Source: an uncultured Rhodospirillaceae bacterium (GTDB taxonomy: Bacteria > Pseudomonadota > Alphaproteobacteria > UBA7887). From it: a stretch of DNA of 64,000 bases. The position numbers and the translations under genes are program-made. Positions 1 through 12,925 of this stretch are shown one piece after another (within the stretch, counting starts at the first letter, position 1; the number at the start of each line of letters is the position of its first letter). Location of the stretch: positions 3,675 to 67,674 of the forward strand of contig CAZEWK010000072.1 in assembly GCA_964515905.1 (NCBI GenBank), read 5' to 3'. The notes under the pieces were generated by a model, which saw only the letters and a list, made by a program, of their open reading frames with translations, had not been told where the DNA came from and made no database searches.

Positions 1-170
1 TCCGTGGAGCCCGGACTTTCCTCCCCTATTTAACAAAATAGCGGCAGCCATCCGGTCATCTAACGCACCACCATAATCGGTATCTTATGACAATGACGTC
101 AAGCTAATAATTGCCTAGAATTTGAACTAAAATCTCTTTTCAATGCACATTACCGAATGAAAATTCTAAC

Positions 171-1970
171 TTAAGATTGGGACCTCGATTGCAGGTACTC
201 TTTCTTTTCTTCAAGTTCGAGCCAACGTTCTTCACTAGCAGTTAATAATTCACGAGTCTGCGCAAGCTCACTGGTAGTATTTCTGAAGGCGTTAGGATCT
301 TTAAAATAATACTGACTATCAGCTAGTTGAAGCTCAAGGGTGGACAACTTCTGACTCAACACACTAATTTTCTGAGTTAACGATTCAAGCTCACGCTGAT
401 CTTTATATCCAAGTTGGGTACGAATCGAATTTTTATTTGGACTTTTACGTTTCTGTTTCTTTGCATTAACTTTATCACTGGCTGTTCTTGAACCAAGATA
501 ATCTGTATAACCACCAATGTATTCTTCAGTGACACCAGAACCACCCATAACAATGGTACTAGTGGCAACCCGATCAATGAAGTCGCGATCATGGCTAATT
601 AAAACAACTGTGCCAGAGTACTCGCCGATCGCCTCCTGAAGCACATCAAGTGTCTCTACATCTAGATCGTTAGTCGGTTCATCAAGTGCGAGAAGGTTTG
701 AGGGCCTTGCGAACAATAATGCAAGCATCAAGCGATTCCTTTCCCCGCCGGATAAGGTTCCCACCAGACTATGTATTTTTCGGTTATCAAATAAAAATTT
801 CTGTAAATACCCGGTTACATTTTGATCTCTTCCGCCAACGTTTAACCTGTCTCCGCCATTTGGACACATCGTGCGCAACAGTGTCTGGTCATAGTTCAAA
901 CTTTTTCGCTGTTGATCAAAATAAACCGGTTTAACACCTGATCCTAACTCCACTGTACCTGTATCCGGCACTAGATCACCGAGAAGAACACGCAGCAAGC
1001 TGGTTTTCCCAGTGCCATTTGGTCCTATAAGGGCAATCCTATCACCACGCATCACTCTTGTTGACAGATCTTTGAAAAGAATCTTTCCGTTGAATTGCTT
1101 CGAAATTTTTTTAGCCTCTATGACCAGGTTTCCACCTCTAGCCGCTACAGCAATTTTGATATCTGAACCTCTGTCGATAATTCCATCTTTGTTCAGCTTT
1201 TCCCGTCGCAAAACTTGCAAATTACGTAATCGCCTCTGATTCCGTTTCCGACGCGCCGTTACCCCACGGAGCAGCCAACGCTCTTCAGAGCGGAGTTTTT
1301 GATTTTTTTGCCTGATCAACTCCCTATGTGATTCTTCTATTTTTTCCGACCAAGAATCAAAATAATCAAATCCTGAATCCAGAAGAAGTAAAGTACGGTT
1401 ATTTAACCACCCAACCTTTCGGGAAACTGTATTGAGGAACGCTCGATCATGACTCACAAACACTACTGCACCCGCAAACTTATTTATGTAGAACTCTAAC
1501 CATTCGATCATCGAAACATCTAAGTGATTGGTTGGCTCATCCAGTAAAAGCAAATCAGGTTCCGATACAAGAGCTCGCGCAAGCCCCGCCCGACGCAACT
1601 CTCCACCGGATAATTTATCAAGAGGAACACCGGCAGTAAGCCGTAATTGGTCAAGTATTGCCTCCGTTTTATGAGTTTGATTATCCCTACTAGCGCGCCC
1701 CTCCGCGACATAATCAAAGACGCTTTGAGTTTTTCTAGGGACATTTATATTCTGCTCTAACAACGAAATACATAGATTGGGTTGGCAAATTCGGGAACCG
1801 ACGTCCAACTCCACATCGCCCGCGATCATTCTCAGAAGCGTCGACTTTCCACTTCCATTTCGTCCAATGATGCAAAGCCGCTCCTTTTCATGGATATGAA
1901 GCTCAACGTCTTGAAACAAAGAGGTTTTAGCAATGCTAAACGAAACCGATTGTAAACTAAGTAGTGGCAT
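171..1970 (-). CDS. uup: ABC-F family ATPase with two ABC cassettes and a C-terminal coiled coil (Uup-like)
   Basis: Two Walker A motifs (GRNGSGKST, GPNGTGKTS) and two signature motifs (LSGGE, LSGGERNRL). No transmembrane domain. C-terminal coiled coil as in Uup. Confidence 0.85.
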   Translation of the reverse strand: MPLLSLQSVSFSIAKTSLFQDVELHIHEKERLCIIGRNGSGKSTLLRMIAGDVELDVGSRICQPNLCISLLEQNINVPRKTQSVFDYVAEGRASRDNQTHKTEAILDQLRLTAGVPLDKLSGGELRRAGLARALVSEPDLLLLDEPTNHLDVSMIEWLEFYINKFAGAVVFVSHDRAFLNTVSRKVGWLNNRTLLLLDSGFDYFDSWSEKIEESHRELIRQKNQKLRSEERWLLRGVTARRKRNQRRLRNLQVLRREKLNKDGIIDRGSDIKIAVAARGGNLVIEAKKISKQFNGKILFKDLSTRVMRGDRIALIGPNGTGKTSLLRVLLGDLVPDTGTVELGSGVKPVYFDQQRKSLNYDQTLLRTMCPNGGDRLNVGGRDQNVTGYLQKFLFDNRKIHSLVGTLSGGERNRLMLALLFARPSNLLALDEPTNDLDVETLDVLQEAIGEYSGTVVLISHDRDFIDRVATSTIVMGGSGVTEEYIGGYTDYLGSRTASDKVNAKKQKRKSPNKNSIRTQLGYKDQRELESLTQKISVLSQKLSTLELQLADSQYYFKDPNAFRNTTSELAQTRELLTASEERWLELEEKKEYLQSRSQS

Positions 1971-2070
1971 AACTTGGCTATTTGGCTTTTTACTCTATAA
2001 AACAAAATCTCGTTATGAGTTTAGTTTAACTGACGATCAGTCACCCAGACAGTTAATTATAGTCGTCGAA

Positions 2071-2835
2071 CTAGTTTAATCTGCGTTCCATACATATCTC
2101 GTCATAAGCCGCATTTATACAGGCCAATTTATCATTCGCCTGTTCCACAAACTCCACCGGCATTCCTTCTGCAATCAGCTTATCAGGATGATGTTTGAGC
2201 ACCAGTTCTCTGTGACGAGCTTTTAATTCCTTGTCTGGCATATCCCTCGAAACCCCTAATATACTATATGGATCCGAAAGAGGCTTTTGAGAGTGTATAG
2301 AATGTATCCGATCAAAATTACTCTGATTCAGACCAAGAATTTTTGCCACTGCTTGAAGATACTTTAACTCAGCTGCATGAATTACGTTATCCGATTTCGC
2401 GACATAAAATAGAGCGTTCAGGAGCTCCTCCAGTACAGGAGGATTATTTTTAAACATTTGTGCGACTTGATAGGCATAAGGTTCAAACCCTTCCGAGCTT
2501 TCCTTCGCCTCATCAAAGATCTTACCGACATCTTTTATTTCATGTTCGGGTATGTGGAAAACTTTTTTGAAGGCCTCTATTTCATTCCTGGTCACAGTTC
2601 CGTCCGCTTTAGCAAGCTTTGCCGCCAGCACAACAACAGAGACAGCAAATGAAATTTGGCGGTAGTCATTTTGCTGGGTTCCGGAACGGAAGCCCTCATC
2701 TATTCTTTCTGCCGCCACCGCATCTGCACGGAAGCGTCCAATGTAATGACCAGTAGCAGCCCCTACAAGAGCGCCAAGCGGGCCGCCAAACGCAAACCCA
2801 ATGGAAGCTCCCAATATTTTACCCCAGATACTCAT
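2071..2835 (-). CDS. djlA: DnaJ-like co-chaperone DjlA (N-terminal Gly-zipper membrane anchor, TerB-like middle, C-terminal J domain)
   Basis: N-terminus GASIGFAFGGPLGALVGAATG. C-terminal J domain with the HPD motif (LVLKHHPDKL). Length 254 aa. Confidence 0.75.
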   Translation of the reverse strand: MSIWGKILGASIGFAFGGPLGALVGAATGHYIGRFRADAVAAERIDEGFRSGTQQNDYRQISFAVSVVVLAAKLAKADGTVTRNEIEAFKKVFHIPEHEIKDVGKIFDEAKESSEGFEPYAYQVAQMFKNNPPVLEELLNALFYVAKSDNVIHAAELKYLQAVAKILGLNQSNFDRIHSIHSQKPLSDPYSILGVSRDMPDKELKARHRELVLKHHPDKLIAEGMPVEFVEQANDKLACINAAYDEICMERRLN

Positions 2836-2887
2836 ATGGCCCCATAAAATGATATATATCGTAAAAATAATTCACGATTTAGCGGTA

Positions 2888-3928
2888 CTAGCACAAGATC
2901 TCTCCAAATCGTTTCTTGAAAACTGGCCAAGCATCAGGATTGATAAGGCGTGGTGGCCTTTCACACCTAAAAATCGTCTCCCACTGCTCGGCGGCCCAGA
3001 TTCCAGCGTTCTGGCGTGCTTCTTTGGTAATGCCCCCGGTATGCATAGTAAGGACGACATTATCTAATTCCAGCAGGGGGTGGTTGGTTGCTGGCGGCTC
3101 GTCCTCCCAAACATCTACACCGGCACCTTTAATTGACCCACATTTTAGCGCTTGTACAAGGGCCTGCTCGTCATGGATCCCGCCTCGCGCAGTCGTCACG
3201 AAGTACGCGGTGGACTTCATTTGACCCAGAGCTGCTGAATCAATCATACCCCTAGTTTCCCCCGTTAACGGACAATTGACTGTTACAAAGTCAGATAATT
3301 TTAATAACTCCGAGAGGCTCGCTTCCGTAGCGCCCCGCGCTATAATTTGGTCCCTAGTTAGGTACGGATCATAAGCCAGCACTTTTACATCAAACAGGCT
3401 AACGCATAGCTCGCATAGCCTAGTCCCAATTTTTCCTAATCCAATTACACCAACAGTTTTACCAAAAAGATCGTTCCCAATAAAATCGTTCCTATGCCAC
3501 AAACGATCCCGCCGTAATGCCCGATCTGTCTCGACTATACGTTTCGACAAACAAAGGAACATTGCCAAGACATGTTCGGCTACTGCCTCTTTATTTGCTC
3601 CAGACTGATTCACAACGATAACTCCCGCCTCAGTACAAGCATCAACGTCGACTGTATCGTAGCCAGCACCATCAGCCGAAACAGCAAGCAGGTCTGGAGA
3701 ATGATCTAAGAACTCTTTACTGACGTGATATTTTTTTGGAAGTTCCTGCCGGGCTGAAGATATTTGATATCCGTGCATATTTCGAAGAATGGGCCAGTTT
3801 TCTTTATCTGGAGCATCCCAATCCAACCGTTTTACGTTTACTCGCTGGTTCGCCCTAATAAGTTTTTGACCTTCCTGATGCGGCCAACGATTGAAAAATA
3901 TAACCTGTGGGATTTTCGTAGCACTCAT
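2888..3928 (-). CDS. D-isomer-specific 2-hydroxyacid dehydrogenase family protein (NAD-binding)
   Basis: GxGxxG NAD fold (GVIGLGKIGTRL). Catalytic-domain pattern of the PGDH/GyaR family. 346 aa. Confidence 0.8.
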   Translation of the reverse strand: MSATKIPQVIFFNRWPHQEGQKLIRANQRVNVKRLDWDAPDKENWPILRNMHGYQISSARQELPKKYHVSKEFLDHSPDLLAVSADGAGYDTVDVDACTEAGVIVVNQSGANKEAVAEHVLAMFLCLSKRIVETDRALRRDRLWHRNDFIGNDLFGKTVGVIGLGKIGTRLCELCVSLFDVKVLAYDPYLTRDQIIARGATEASLSELLKLSDFVTVNCPLTGETRGMIDSAALGQMKSTAYFVTTARGGIHDEQALVQALKCGSIKGAGVDVWEDEPPATNHPLLELDNVVLTMHTGGITKEARQNAGIWAAEQWETIFRCERPPRLINPDAWPVFKKRFGEILC

Positions 3929-4106
3929 TGATTCCTCTTAAAAGCAGTATACGATAGTTAAAGCAAACCATGTTCGAGTGTATTTATTACCGCAAGATAG
4001 TCGGATTAGCACTAACTGAAAGATCATTGGTACAAATCTTTAAGGGAGCTAGGGAAGGCAGATAAGAAATGCAGAATGCCATAACGTATTGACTACTGGA
4101 GGTGTC

Positions 4107-4718
4107 ATGCCTGTACGAAGAATCGCGAAAATGGGGAACCCCGCCCTACAGAAGCTTGCGGAACCCATCAAAAATCCAAAGGCGCCAGAAATTCAAAACC
4201 TTGCAAAAGACATGCAAGAGACTTTGGAAGATATAGGCGCCAGCGGTCTTGCCGCACCGCAAATCATGGTAAATTTAAGAATGGTAGTATATCGAATGAT
4301 ACCCGCTCGCATACCCCACGGGTCAGGAATTGATCCTGTTCCTTGGACTGTCATGATAAATCCCGAAATTACACCTCAGCCCGATGACAAAATTGATGTT
4401 TGGGAACGTTGTCTTTCGATCCCTGGTCTCCATGGAAAAGTACCTAGATGGCCAAAAATTTCTATTCGCTTTCAAAAGCTAACTGGCGAATGGATCTCAC
4501 ATACAGCTCATTCTAGTTGGGCTGCTTTATTACAGCACGAATGCGATCATCTGGATGGTGTTCTATATCCAACACGGATGACAGATTTGTCATTCCTATC
4601 CTACAATGACGAACCGGGCCCGTTAACAAAAGACATGTTGAGTAACGACGCAGTCGACCCTCTGTTTATAGATTTGGTTCAGAAATGGCCAGGGCGGCAA
4701 CGTTGGTTTCCTGAATGA
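4107..4718 (+). CDS. def: Peptide deformylase (variant carrying insertions)
   Basis: PDF motifs GLAAPQI (motif 1), CLS (motif 2) and HECDHLDG (HExxH metal site). Start placed at the second Met (MPVRRI). The ORF could begin at 4089. Confidence 0.85.
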   Translation: MPVRRIAKMGNPALQKLAEPIKNPKAPEIQNLAKDMQETLEDIGASGLAAPQIMVNLRMVVYRMIPARIPHGSGIDPVPWTVMINPEITPQPDDKIDVWERCLSIPGLHGKVPRWPKISIRFQKLTGEWISHTAHSSWAALLQHECDHLDGVLYPTRMTDLSFLSYNDEPGPLTKDMLSNDAVDPLFIDLVQKWPGRQRWFPE

Positions 4719-4750
4719 AGTACCTTGCAAATTAAAATATTTCTGAATGG

Positions 4751-5158
4751 CTAACGTCGATCCAAGCACTCCAATAATACCCGAGAAGTTGCTAAATCTT
4801 TTTCAAAACGGCTGGTGTCCTCGTCTGGATTTGCCAAGTTAATTGCTTTCTCATTCTCACTGATACGCTCTTCAACCGTCGTGCGCTCAATTTCATCGAG
4901 CTTTATTGCTTCTTCTGTTAGGACCGTGCAAGCCTCCTGTGAAACCTCTGATACCCCCCCTGCAACAAAAATCTGATCAGAAATCACATCGTCATTATAT
5001 ATGTCAATTAAACCTGGCCGAAGGAGGGACGCAAAAAGAGCGTGGCCTGGCAGAACACCGAAATCGCCATCCTCTCCAGGGATCACTACCATTTCTACTT
5101 CCTGAGATATCAACAATTCTTCAGGTGAAACCAACTCGAAACGGATTTTGTCAGCCAT
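4751..5158 (-). CDS. atpC: F1 ATP synthase epsilon subunit
   Basis: Last gene of the atpHAGDC block. 135 aa with the typical N-terminal beta-sandwich start MADKIRFELVSPE. Confidence 0.9.
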   Translation of the reverse strand: MADKIRFELVSPEELLISQEVEMVVIPGEDGDFGVLPGHALFASLLRPGLIDIYNDDVISDQIFVAGGVSEVSQEACTVLTEEAIKLDEIERTTVEERISENEKAINLANPDEDTSRFEKDLATSRVLLECLDRR

Positions 5159-5164
5159 TGTTTA

Positions 5165-7493
<2,329 letters not shown>

Positions 7494-7524
7494 CTCAATT
7501 AAGACAATCTAAGCATAGTAGTTG

Positions 7525-9057
7525 TTAAGCGAAGCTCTTTACAAAGCTATCTATTGCTGACTTCAGTTCTTCCTCAGTGTCATTCGTAATTTCCCCGTCG
7601 GTCCGAATAGTTGATAATAAGTCAGTGTGACTTGCGCGCAGTTCATTCAGAAGGCCTTCCTCGAAACGCCCTACTTGCCCTACCGAGAGGGTATCAAGAT
7701 AACCCCGAACACCGGCGAAAACGATTACTACTTGCTCTTCTACTGGCAGAGGCGAGTACTGACCTTGCTTTAAAAGTTCAGTAAGTCTCTCTCCCCGAGC
7801 CAACAATCGCTGAGTAGCCGCATCCAAGTCCGATGCGAACTGTGCAAATGCGGCCATTTCTCTGTACTGTGCCAGCTCTAGCTTGATGGATCCAGCTACT
7901 TGCTTCATTGCCTTTACTTGTGCCGCTGACCCAACGCGGCTCACGGAAAGTCCAACGTTTATTGCAGGGCGAATTCCTTGGTAGAATAGCTCAGTTTCGA
8001 GAAAAATTTGACCATCCGTAATTGATATAACATTGGTGGGTATATAGGCAGATACGTCACCTGCCTGTGTTTCTATAACAGGAAGGGCTGTCAAAGATCC
8101 ACCGCCGAGGTCATCATTCATTTTAGCAGCACGCTCTAACAGACGCGAATGCAGGTAAAAGACATCCCCTGGGTACGCTTCACGTCCCGGTGGCCGACGT
8201 AACAAAAGGGACATTTGGCGATAGGCAACTGCCTGCTTGGACAAGTCATCGTATATGATCAAGGCATGCATTCCGTTATCTCGGAAGTACTCGCCCATCG
8301 CACACCCCCCATAGGGGGCCAAGAATTGCAAAGGGGCCGGTTCGGAAGCAGATGCAGAAACCACGATGGTATAGTCCAGTGCACCATTTTCTTCGAGAGT
8401 TTTTACAATTTGCGCAACTGTGGATCGTTTCTGACCAACGGCTACGTAAACGCAATACAGCTTTTTTGACTCGTCATTCGTTTGATTCACTGTTTTCTGG
8501 TTAATGATAGTGTCAACAGCCAAGGCAGTCTTTCCCGTCTGCCGATCACCAATAATGAGCTCCCTCTGACCACGACCAATCGGCACAAGACTATCTATAG
8601 CTTTTAAACCCGTCTGCATGGGTTCATTAACCGATTGGCGGGGGATAATCCCGGGCGCTTTTACCTCGATCCGTCGTCTTTCTGTGCCTTCAATTGGGCC
8701 TTTCCCATCAATAGGTTCGCCCAGCGCGTCAACCACTCTACCCAGCATACTTTTACCGACGGGGACATCGACGATAGAGCCAGTGCGTTTAACTAAATCA
8801 CCTTCTTTTATATTTCGGTCGTCCCCAAAAATGACTATGCCGACGTTGTCCGCTTCCAAATTCAGGGCCATACCTTTAATAGCTCCAGGAAACTCCACCA
8901 TTTCTCCTGACTGCACATTATCCAAGCCATATACGCGTGCAATACCATCTCCAACAGACAGGACTTGGCCCACCTCAGCCACTTCTGCGTCTGTCCCAAA
9001 ACCGTCTATTTGTTGTTTTAGTATTTCTGATATCTCAGCGGCGCGGATCTCCATCAT
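7525..9057 (-). CDS. atpA: F1 ATP synthase alpha subunit
   Basis: Walker [10 protein letters not shown]. 510 aa. Conserved alpha-subunit sequence throughout. Confidence 0.97.
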   Translation of the reverse strand: MMEIRAAEISEILKQQIDGFGTDAEVAEVGQVLSVGDGIARVYGLDNVQSGEMVEFPGAIKGMALNLEADNVGIVIFGDDRNIKEGDLVKRTGSIVDVPVGKSMLGRVVDALGEPIDGKGPIEGTERRRIEVKAPGIIPRQSVNEPMQTGLKAIDSLVPIGRGQRELIIGDRQTGKTALAVDTIINQKTVNQTNDESKKLYCVYVAVGQKRSTVAQIVKTLEENGALDYTIVVSASASEPAPLQFLAPYGGCAMGEYFRDNGMHALIIYDDLSKQAVAYRQMSLLLRRPPGREAYPGDVFYLHSRLLERAAKMNDDLGGGSLTALPVIETQAGDVSAYIPTNVISITDGQIFLETELFYQGIRPAINVGLSVSRVGSAAQVKAMKQVAGSIKLELAQYREMAAFAQFASDLDAATQRLLARGERLTELLKQGQYSPLPVEEQVVIVFAGVRGYLDTLSVGQVGRFEEGLLNELRASHTDLLSTIRTDGEITNDTEEELKSAIDSFVKSFA

Positions 9058-9614
9058 CCGATCCCTTTCATTACGAGCTTCATACGCTCAAGTTTACTAC
9101 TTAGAGAATTATCTATCATGCGTGACCCTACTTTCACGACTAAGCCTCCCAATAAGGATGGATCGATCCTGCTCGTCACAACGACTTTTTTCCCCATTGA
9201 ATGCTCTAAATGCCTTGTAAGCTCAGTTAACTGGTCGTGACTAAGAGGGCTCGCACTGGCCACCTCTGCCGAAGCTTCACCCCTATCTTTGGCACTTAGT
9301 TGAACATAGGATTGAATAATTTGAACCATCACAGACAAGCGTCTATTTAGCGCTAGCACTCCAATGAATTTCCGTGTCAACGGACCAAGTTCCATTTTGC
9401 AAGCTATAGCGTCCATCGCTTTTGTATGTTGTTCCCTCGCAACACCCGGACTATCAATTACCCTCCTCAAATCGACGCTATTTTCAAGGACAGAACCCAG
9501 GATCGCCAGATCCCCCTCAGTGCTATCAACCTCGCCTTTTTCTTTAGCAAGCTCAAACAGTGCCGTCGCATATCGACCTGCGAGCCCAGAAACACCGATT
9601 GCTTCGTCAGCCAC
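9054..9614 (-). CDS. atpH: F1 ATP synthase delta (OSCP) subunit
   Basis: 186 aa. First gene of the F1 operon. Overlaps atpA by 4 nt. OSCP-like helical N-terminus. Confidence 0.85.
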   Translation of the reverse strand: MADEAIGVSGLAGRYATALFELAKEKGEVDSTEGDLAILGSVLENSVDLRRVIDSPGVAREQHTKAMDAIACKMELGPLTRKFIGVLALNRRLSVMVQIIQSYVQLSAKDRGEASAEVASASPLSHDQLTELTRHLEHSMGKKVVVTSRIDPSLLGGLVVKVGSRMIDNSLSSKLERMKLVMKGIG

Positions 9615-9770
9615 GCGTAAATCCTGCCTTTACTCCAATGAAAGCCACTAACTCACTACGTTTAATAGGAAAACAGGGCCACTAATTTTCACATCAGATG
9701 ACCCAACCTTCTATGATCGGGTTACGTAACATAGTCCTTTTAGCGTTGCAATACGGGTTAACTATTATGA

Positions 9771-9791
9771 CCAACCGTCAACAACGGTTGG
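9771..9791 (-). terminator. Hairpin immediately 3' of priA (CCAACCG-N7-CGGTTGG), between priA and the atp promoter region
   Basis: 7-bp GC-rich inverted repeat 11 nt downstream of the priA stop. The downstream U-tract is weak. Confidence 0.3.
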
Positions 9792-9801
9792 AGGTGAAAT
9801 T

Positions 9802-12000
9802 TCACATAAAGCTGTAAGGATCTACGTCAACGCGAATGCTAACATTGTTTGGCCGAGATACTGTCGTTAACCAGGTACGGACGATATTCTGTAACGTTTT
9901 ACGGCGCGGCGCTTTAATCAATAGACGAAACCGAAATTTTCCACGTTGCTGGTATATTGGCGCGGGAGCAGGACCCAACACTTCTAAATCATCATCATGA
10001 GGAGCCAGACGCGCAATATCAGCAGCAACCTTTTGGGCAACCACTTCATTGTTCGACGACACAATGAATGCTACTAGACGAGAAAATGGGGGCATTCGTG
10101 TTGCATCTCGAGCAGCCAGTTCTGCCGAGAAAAACCCATCGCGGTCTCCCTTACACAAGGCCTGCATCACCGGATGCTTTGACATGTAGGTCTGCAGTAA
10201 TACTCTGCCAGGTCGATTAGCCCTTCCAGCCCTTCCAGAAACTTGCGATAAGAGCTGAAGATTTCGTTCTCCAGCACGTAAATCACCACCCGATAAACCC
10301 AAATCTGCGTCTACTACGCCAACAAGTGTAAGTTTCGGAAAGTGGTATCCCTTTGTTACTATCTGCGTCCCTATCAGTACGTCAATTCTCCCTTCTAACA
10401 TTTCTTTGACTAACTTCTCCACAGTTCTAACACTCGACATAGTGTCGCTAGTCATAACCTTAAATGTAACATCCGGCATAATTTGGGAGAGCTCTTCAGC
10501 AACGCGCTCAACTCCAGGTCCGCAAGCAACTATTGTGCCTTCCATTTTACATTCTGGACAAAATTCGGAGAGGCATTCTTCATGACCACAATGGTGACAA
10601 CGCATAACCTGTCCCAACCGGTGCTCTACCAACCAAGACGTACAATTGGGACAAGTCAAACGAAATCCACACTGTCGACAAAGTGAAAGAGGGGCATAAC
10701 CTCTGCGATTAAGAAACAGCATTGCTTGTTCCTTTTTCCCTACAACAGATCGAAGGGAGTCTATTAATAACGGAGACAACCAACACCCTCGAGGTGGTGG
10801 CTGCAACCGCAGATCAACTATTTCTACTGCCGGAAGCTCTGCTTGGCCATGCCGGGTGGGAAGATTGAGCCTGATGTACCGCCCTTTATTTGCGTTATTA
10901 TGACTTTCCAGTGAGGGTGTTGCAGAAGCAAGGATTACTGGAGATCGTGTTAATCGGCCCCGAACTACTGCTACGTCCCGTGCATTGTAAACCACACCAT
11001 CTTCTTGTTTATACGAGGAGTCGTGTTCTTCATCGACCACGATTAGTCCCAATCTCGAAAATGGTAAAAATAATGCGGACCGAGCACCAACTATTAGAGG
11101 TATACTTCCAACAGATACTCCACGCCAAGTTTCCCTGCGTTTTGTCAAACCTAACTCGGAGTGCCAAATGGCTGGTCTTACTCCAAAACGCAATTTGAAG
11201 TGCTCTAACCACGGAGCACTTAATGCTATCTCCGGCAGGAGAACTAGAACCTGGCGACCAAGCCTCAAGGTCTCAGCTATTGCCTCAAAGTATACCTCAG
11301 TCTTTCCAGAACCTGTTACTCCATCTAGTAAATATACGAAAAACCGGTCCCGATGCACGGCAGCAATAAGTTCGTCTCCCGCCCTCCTTTGCGATTCTGA
11401 CAAACACGGAGGAGAATAGTGTGGCCTGTCTATCCCATTTTGTAAAAAGGAATCGGCAGGCGACATACCCAAATGACCCGCCTTTACCAAGCCCCTCAGA
11501 ACCGCTGATGTCACCCCAGCCACTTCTGTCAACTCTGCAGCAAAACGAGGTCTTCCATCTGACAAAATGTCCAAAACTCTGATACGCTGCGGGGTCATTC
11601 TTTTAGGTTGCGAACCCACGCTGTAGTACACATTCCGTGCTTTCGGTGGATCAAAGGCACTTGGAATGCTCATCGCCATTCTTAAAACCGCACCTACAGG
11701 TGCAACATAGTAATGGGCGACCCAATCAACTAGGTCACGCAGTTCCACCGGCATTGGAGGCAGTGGCAACCGCTCAATAATAGGCCGCAGACGATTTTGG
11801 GATACCTGCTCGGAACCTTTGTCCCAAACGACACCTAAAACTGACCTAGGCCCAAGAGGAACGCGGACATACTGACCCAATTCAATGTCCAAACCTTTCG
11901 GCACAAAATAATCAAAGGCTCGAAGCGGCAATACCGGTAATAAAACAGATACGCTGTGTCCAGGAATACCATTTTGCGGGGTGGCGGGTAAGGGCCCCAT
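9802..12000 (-). CDS. priA: Primosomal protein N' (replication restart helicase PriA)
   Basis: Walker A DGVTGSGKTEVY. DEEH box. CxxC zinc-binding cluster (CRQCGF...CPNC...CHHCG). 732 aa. Confidence 0.95.
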   Translation of the reverse strand: MGPLPATPQNGIPGHSVSVLLPVLPLRAFDYFVPKGLDIELGQYVRVPLGPRSVLGVVWDKGSEQVSQNRLRPIIERLPLPPMPVELRDLVDWVAHYYVAPVGAVLRMAMSIPSAFDPPKARNVYYSVGSQPKRMTPQRIRVLDILSDGRPRFAAELTEVAGVTSAVLRGLVKAGHLGMSPADSFLQNGIDRPHYSPPCLSESQRRAGDELIAAVHRDRFFVYLLDGVTGSGKTEVYFEAIAETLRLGRQVLVLLPEIALSAPWLEHFKLRFGVRPAIWHSELGLTKRRETWRGVSVGSIPLIVGARSALFLPFSRLGLIVVDEEHDSSYKQEDGVVYNARDVAVVRGRLTRSPVILASATPSLESHNNANKGRYIRLNLPTRHGQAELPAVEIVDLRLQPPPRGCWLSPLLIDSLRSVVGKKEQAMLFLNRRGYAPLSLCRQCGFRLTCPNCTSWLVEHRLGQVMRCHHCGHEECLSEFCPECKMEGTIVACGPGVERVAEELSQIMPDVTFKVMTSDTMSSVRTVEKLVKEMLEGRIDVLIGTQIVTKGYHFPKLTLVGVVDADLGLSGGDLRAGERNLQLLSQVSGRAGRANRPGRVLLQTYMSKHPVMQALCKGDRDGFFSAELAARDATRMPPFSRLVAFIVSSNNEVVAQKVAADIARLAPHDDDLEVLGPAPAPIYQQRGKFRFRLLIKAPRRKTLQNIVRTWLTTVSRPNNVSIRVDVDPYSFM

Positions 12001-12061
12001 ACGTTAAGCTCTCTTTTAAACTATTATTAATAACTAGTAGCAAACGGGCGACGGCCACACT

Positions 12062-12721
12062 ATGAAGTTCTTTATTGATACTGCCAATATTAAGGAAATA
12101 CGTGAACTAGCCTCTACGGGCCTTTTAGACGGCGTCACCACTAACCCCTCTCTTATAGCAAAAAGTGGACGACCGTTTTTTGAGGTTCTAGATGAAATTT
12201 GCGATGTAGTCCCGGGCCCTGTCAGCGCCGAAGTAACAGCAACTGAAGCAGAAGGCATGATCTCAGAGGGCCTTGAGTTGGCCAAAATTGCCAAGAATGT
12301 CACTATAAAAGTACCTCTTACATGGGATGGTCTCCAGGCATGTCGGACATTACGAGCTAAAAACATCATGGTAAATATCACTCTGTGCTTTTCACCAGCA
12401 CAGGCCATTCTCGCAGCTAAAGCAGGAGCCAACTTTATTTCCCCTTTCATTGGACGGCTGGACGACATTGCCCAGGATGGCATGCAATTGATCCGGGACA
12501 TTGTATCAATATACCGTCAATTCCCCTCGACTATTCAGACAGAAATTTTGGTGGCTTCCGTTCGAAGTCCTCTACACGTAGTTGAGGCAGCCAAAATCGG
12601 TGCTGACATAGTGACCCTACCTCCCAAAGTGCTACGGCAAATGATAAAACATCCACTTACCGACATCGGGCTTCAGTCTTTCCTCGAGGATTGGAAAAAA
12701 ACAGGACAAAAAATACTTTAG
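12062..12721 (+). CDS. tal: Short-form transaldolase / fructose-6-phosphate aldolase family
   Basis: Start [15 protein letters not shown]. Schiff-base lysine context. 219 aa, typical of the Fsa/TalC subfamily. Confidence 0.85.
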   Translation: MKFFIDTANIKEIRELASTGLLDGVTTNPSLIAKSGRPFFEVLDEICDVVPGPVSAEVTATEAEGMISEGLELAKIAKNVTIKVPLTWDGLQACRTLRAKNIMVNITLCFSPAQAILAAKAGANFISPFIGRLDDIAQDGMQLIRDIVSIYRQFPSTIQTEILVASVRSPLHVVEAAKIGADIVTLPPKVLRQMIKHPLTDIGLQSFLEDWKKTGQKIL

Positions 12722-12925
12722 TCCGAACTTTTGGGCCCCCAAATCGATTAGTCCGATCTAAATGCCGGATCCAAAAGATTTATTATGTATACAAATGTGG
12801 CAAATCCGCAACACAATGACAGCCTCTCATGTTAGCTGCATTCCTAAAATGAAAGCAAATCCCTCGACGCGCAATACTGCACCCAACCAGGTCAGCATTC
12901 GCATCATTAAATGAGTCAAACGATA

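Noticed and set aside
8618-9220. 200-aa plus-strand ORF (and many similar 60-150 aa ORFs) lying antisense inside atpA, atpH, secA, the RND pump and others
   Set aside because: These are shadow ORFs within strongly conserved genes on the opposite strand. They have low-complexity S/P/T/R-rich translations and no motifs.
12034-12501. 155-aa ORF antisense to the transaldolase gene
   Set aside because: It fully overlaps a well-conserved tal/fsa gene. It has no homology signal and an unusual composition.
12730-12747. TTTGGG-cc-CCCAAA mini-palindrome after the tal stop considered as a terminator
   Set aside because: The loop is too small for a stable hairpin and no U-tract follows on either strand.
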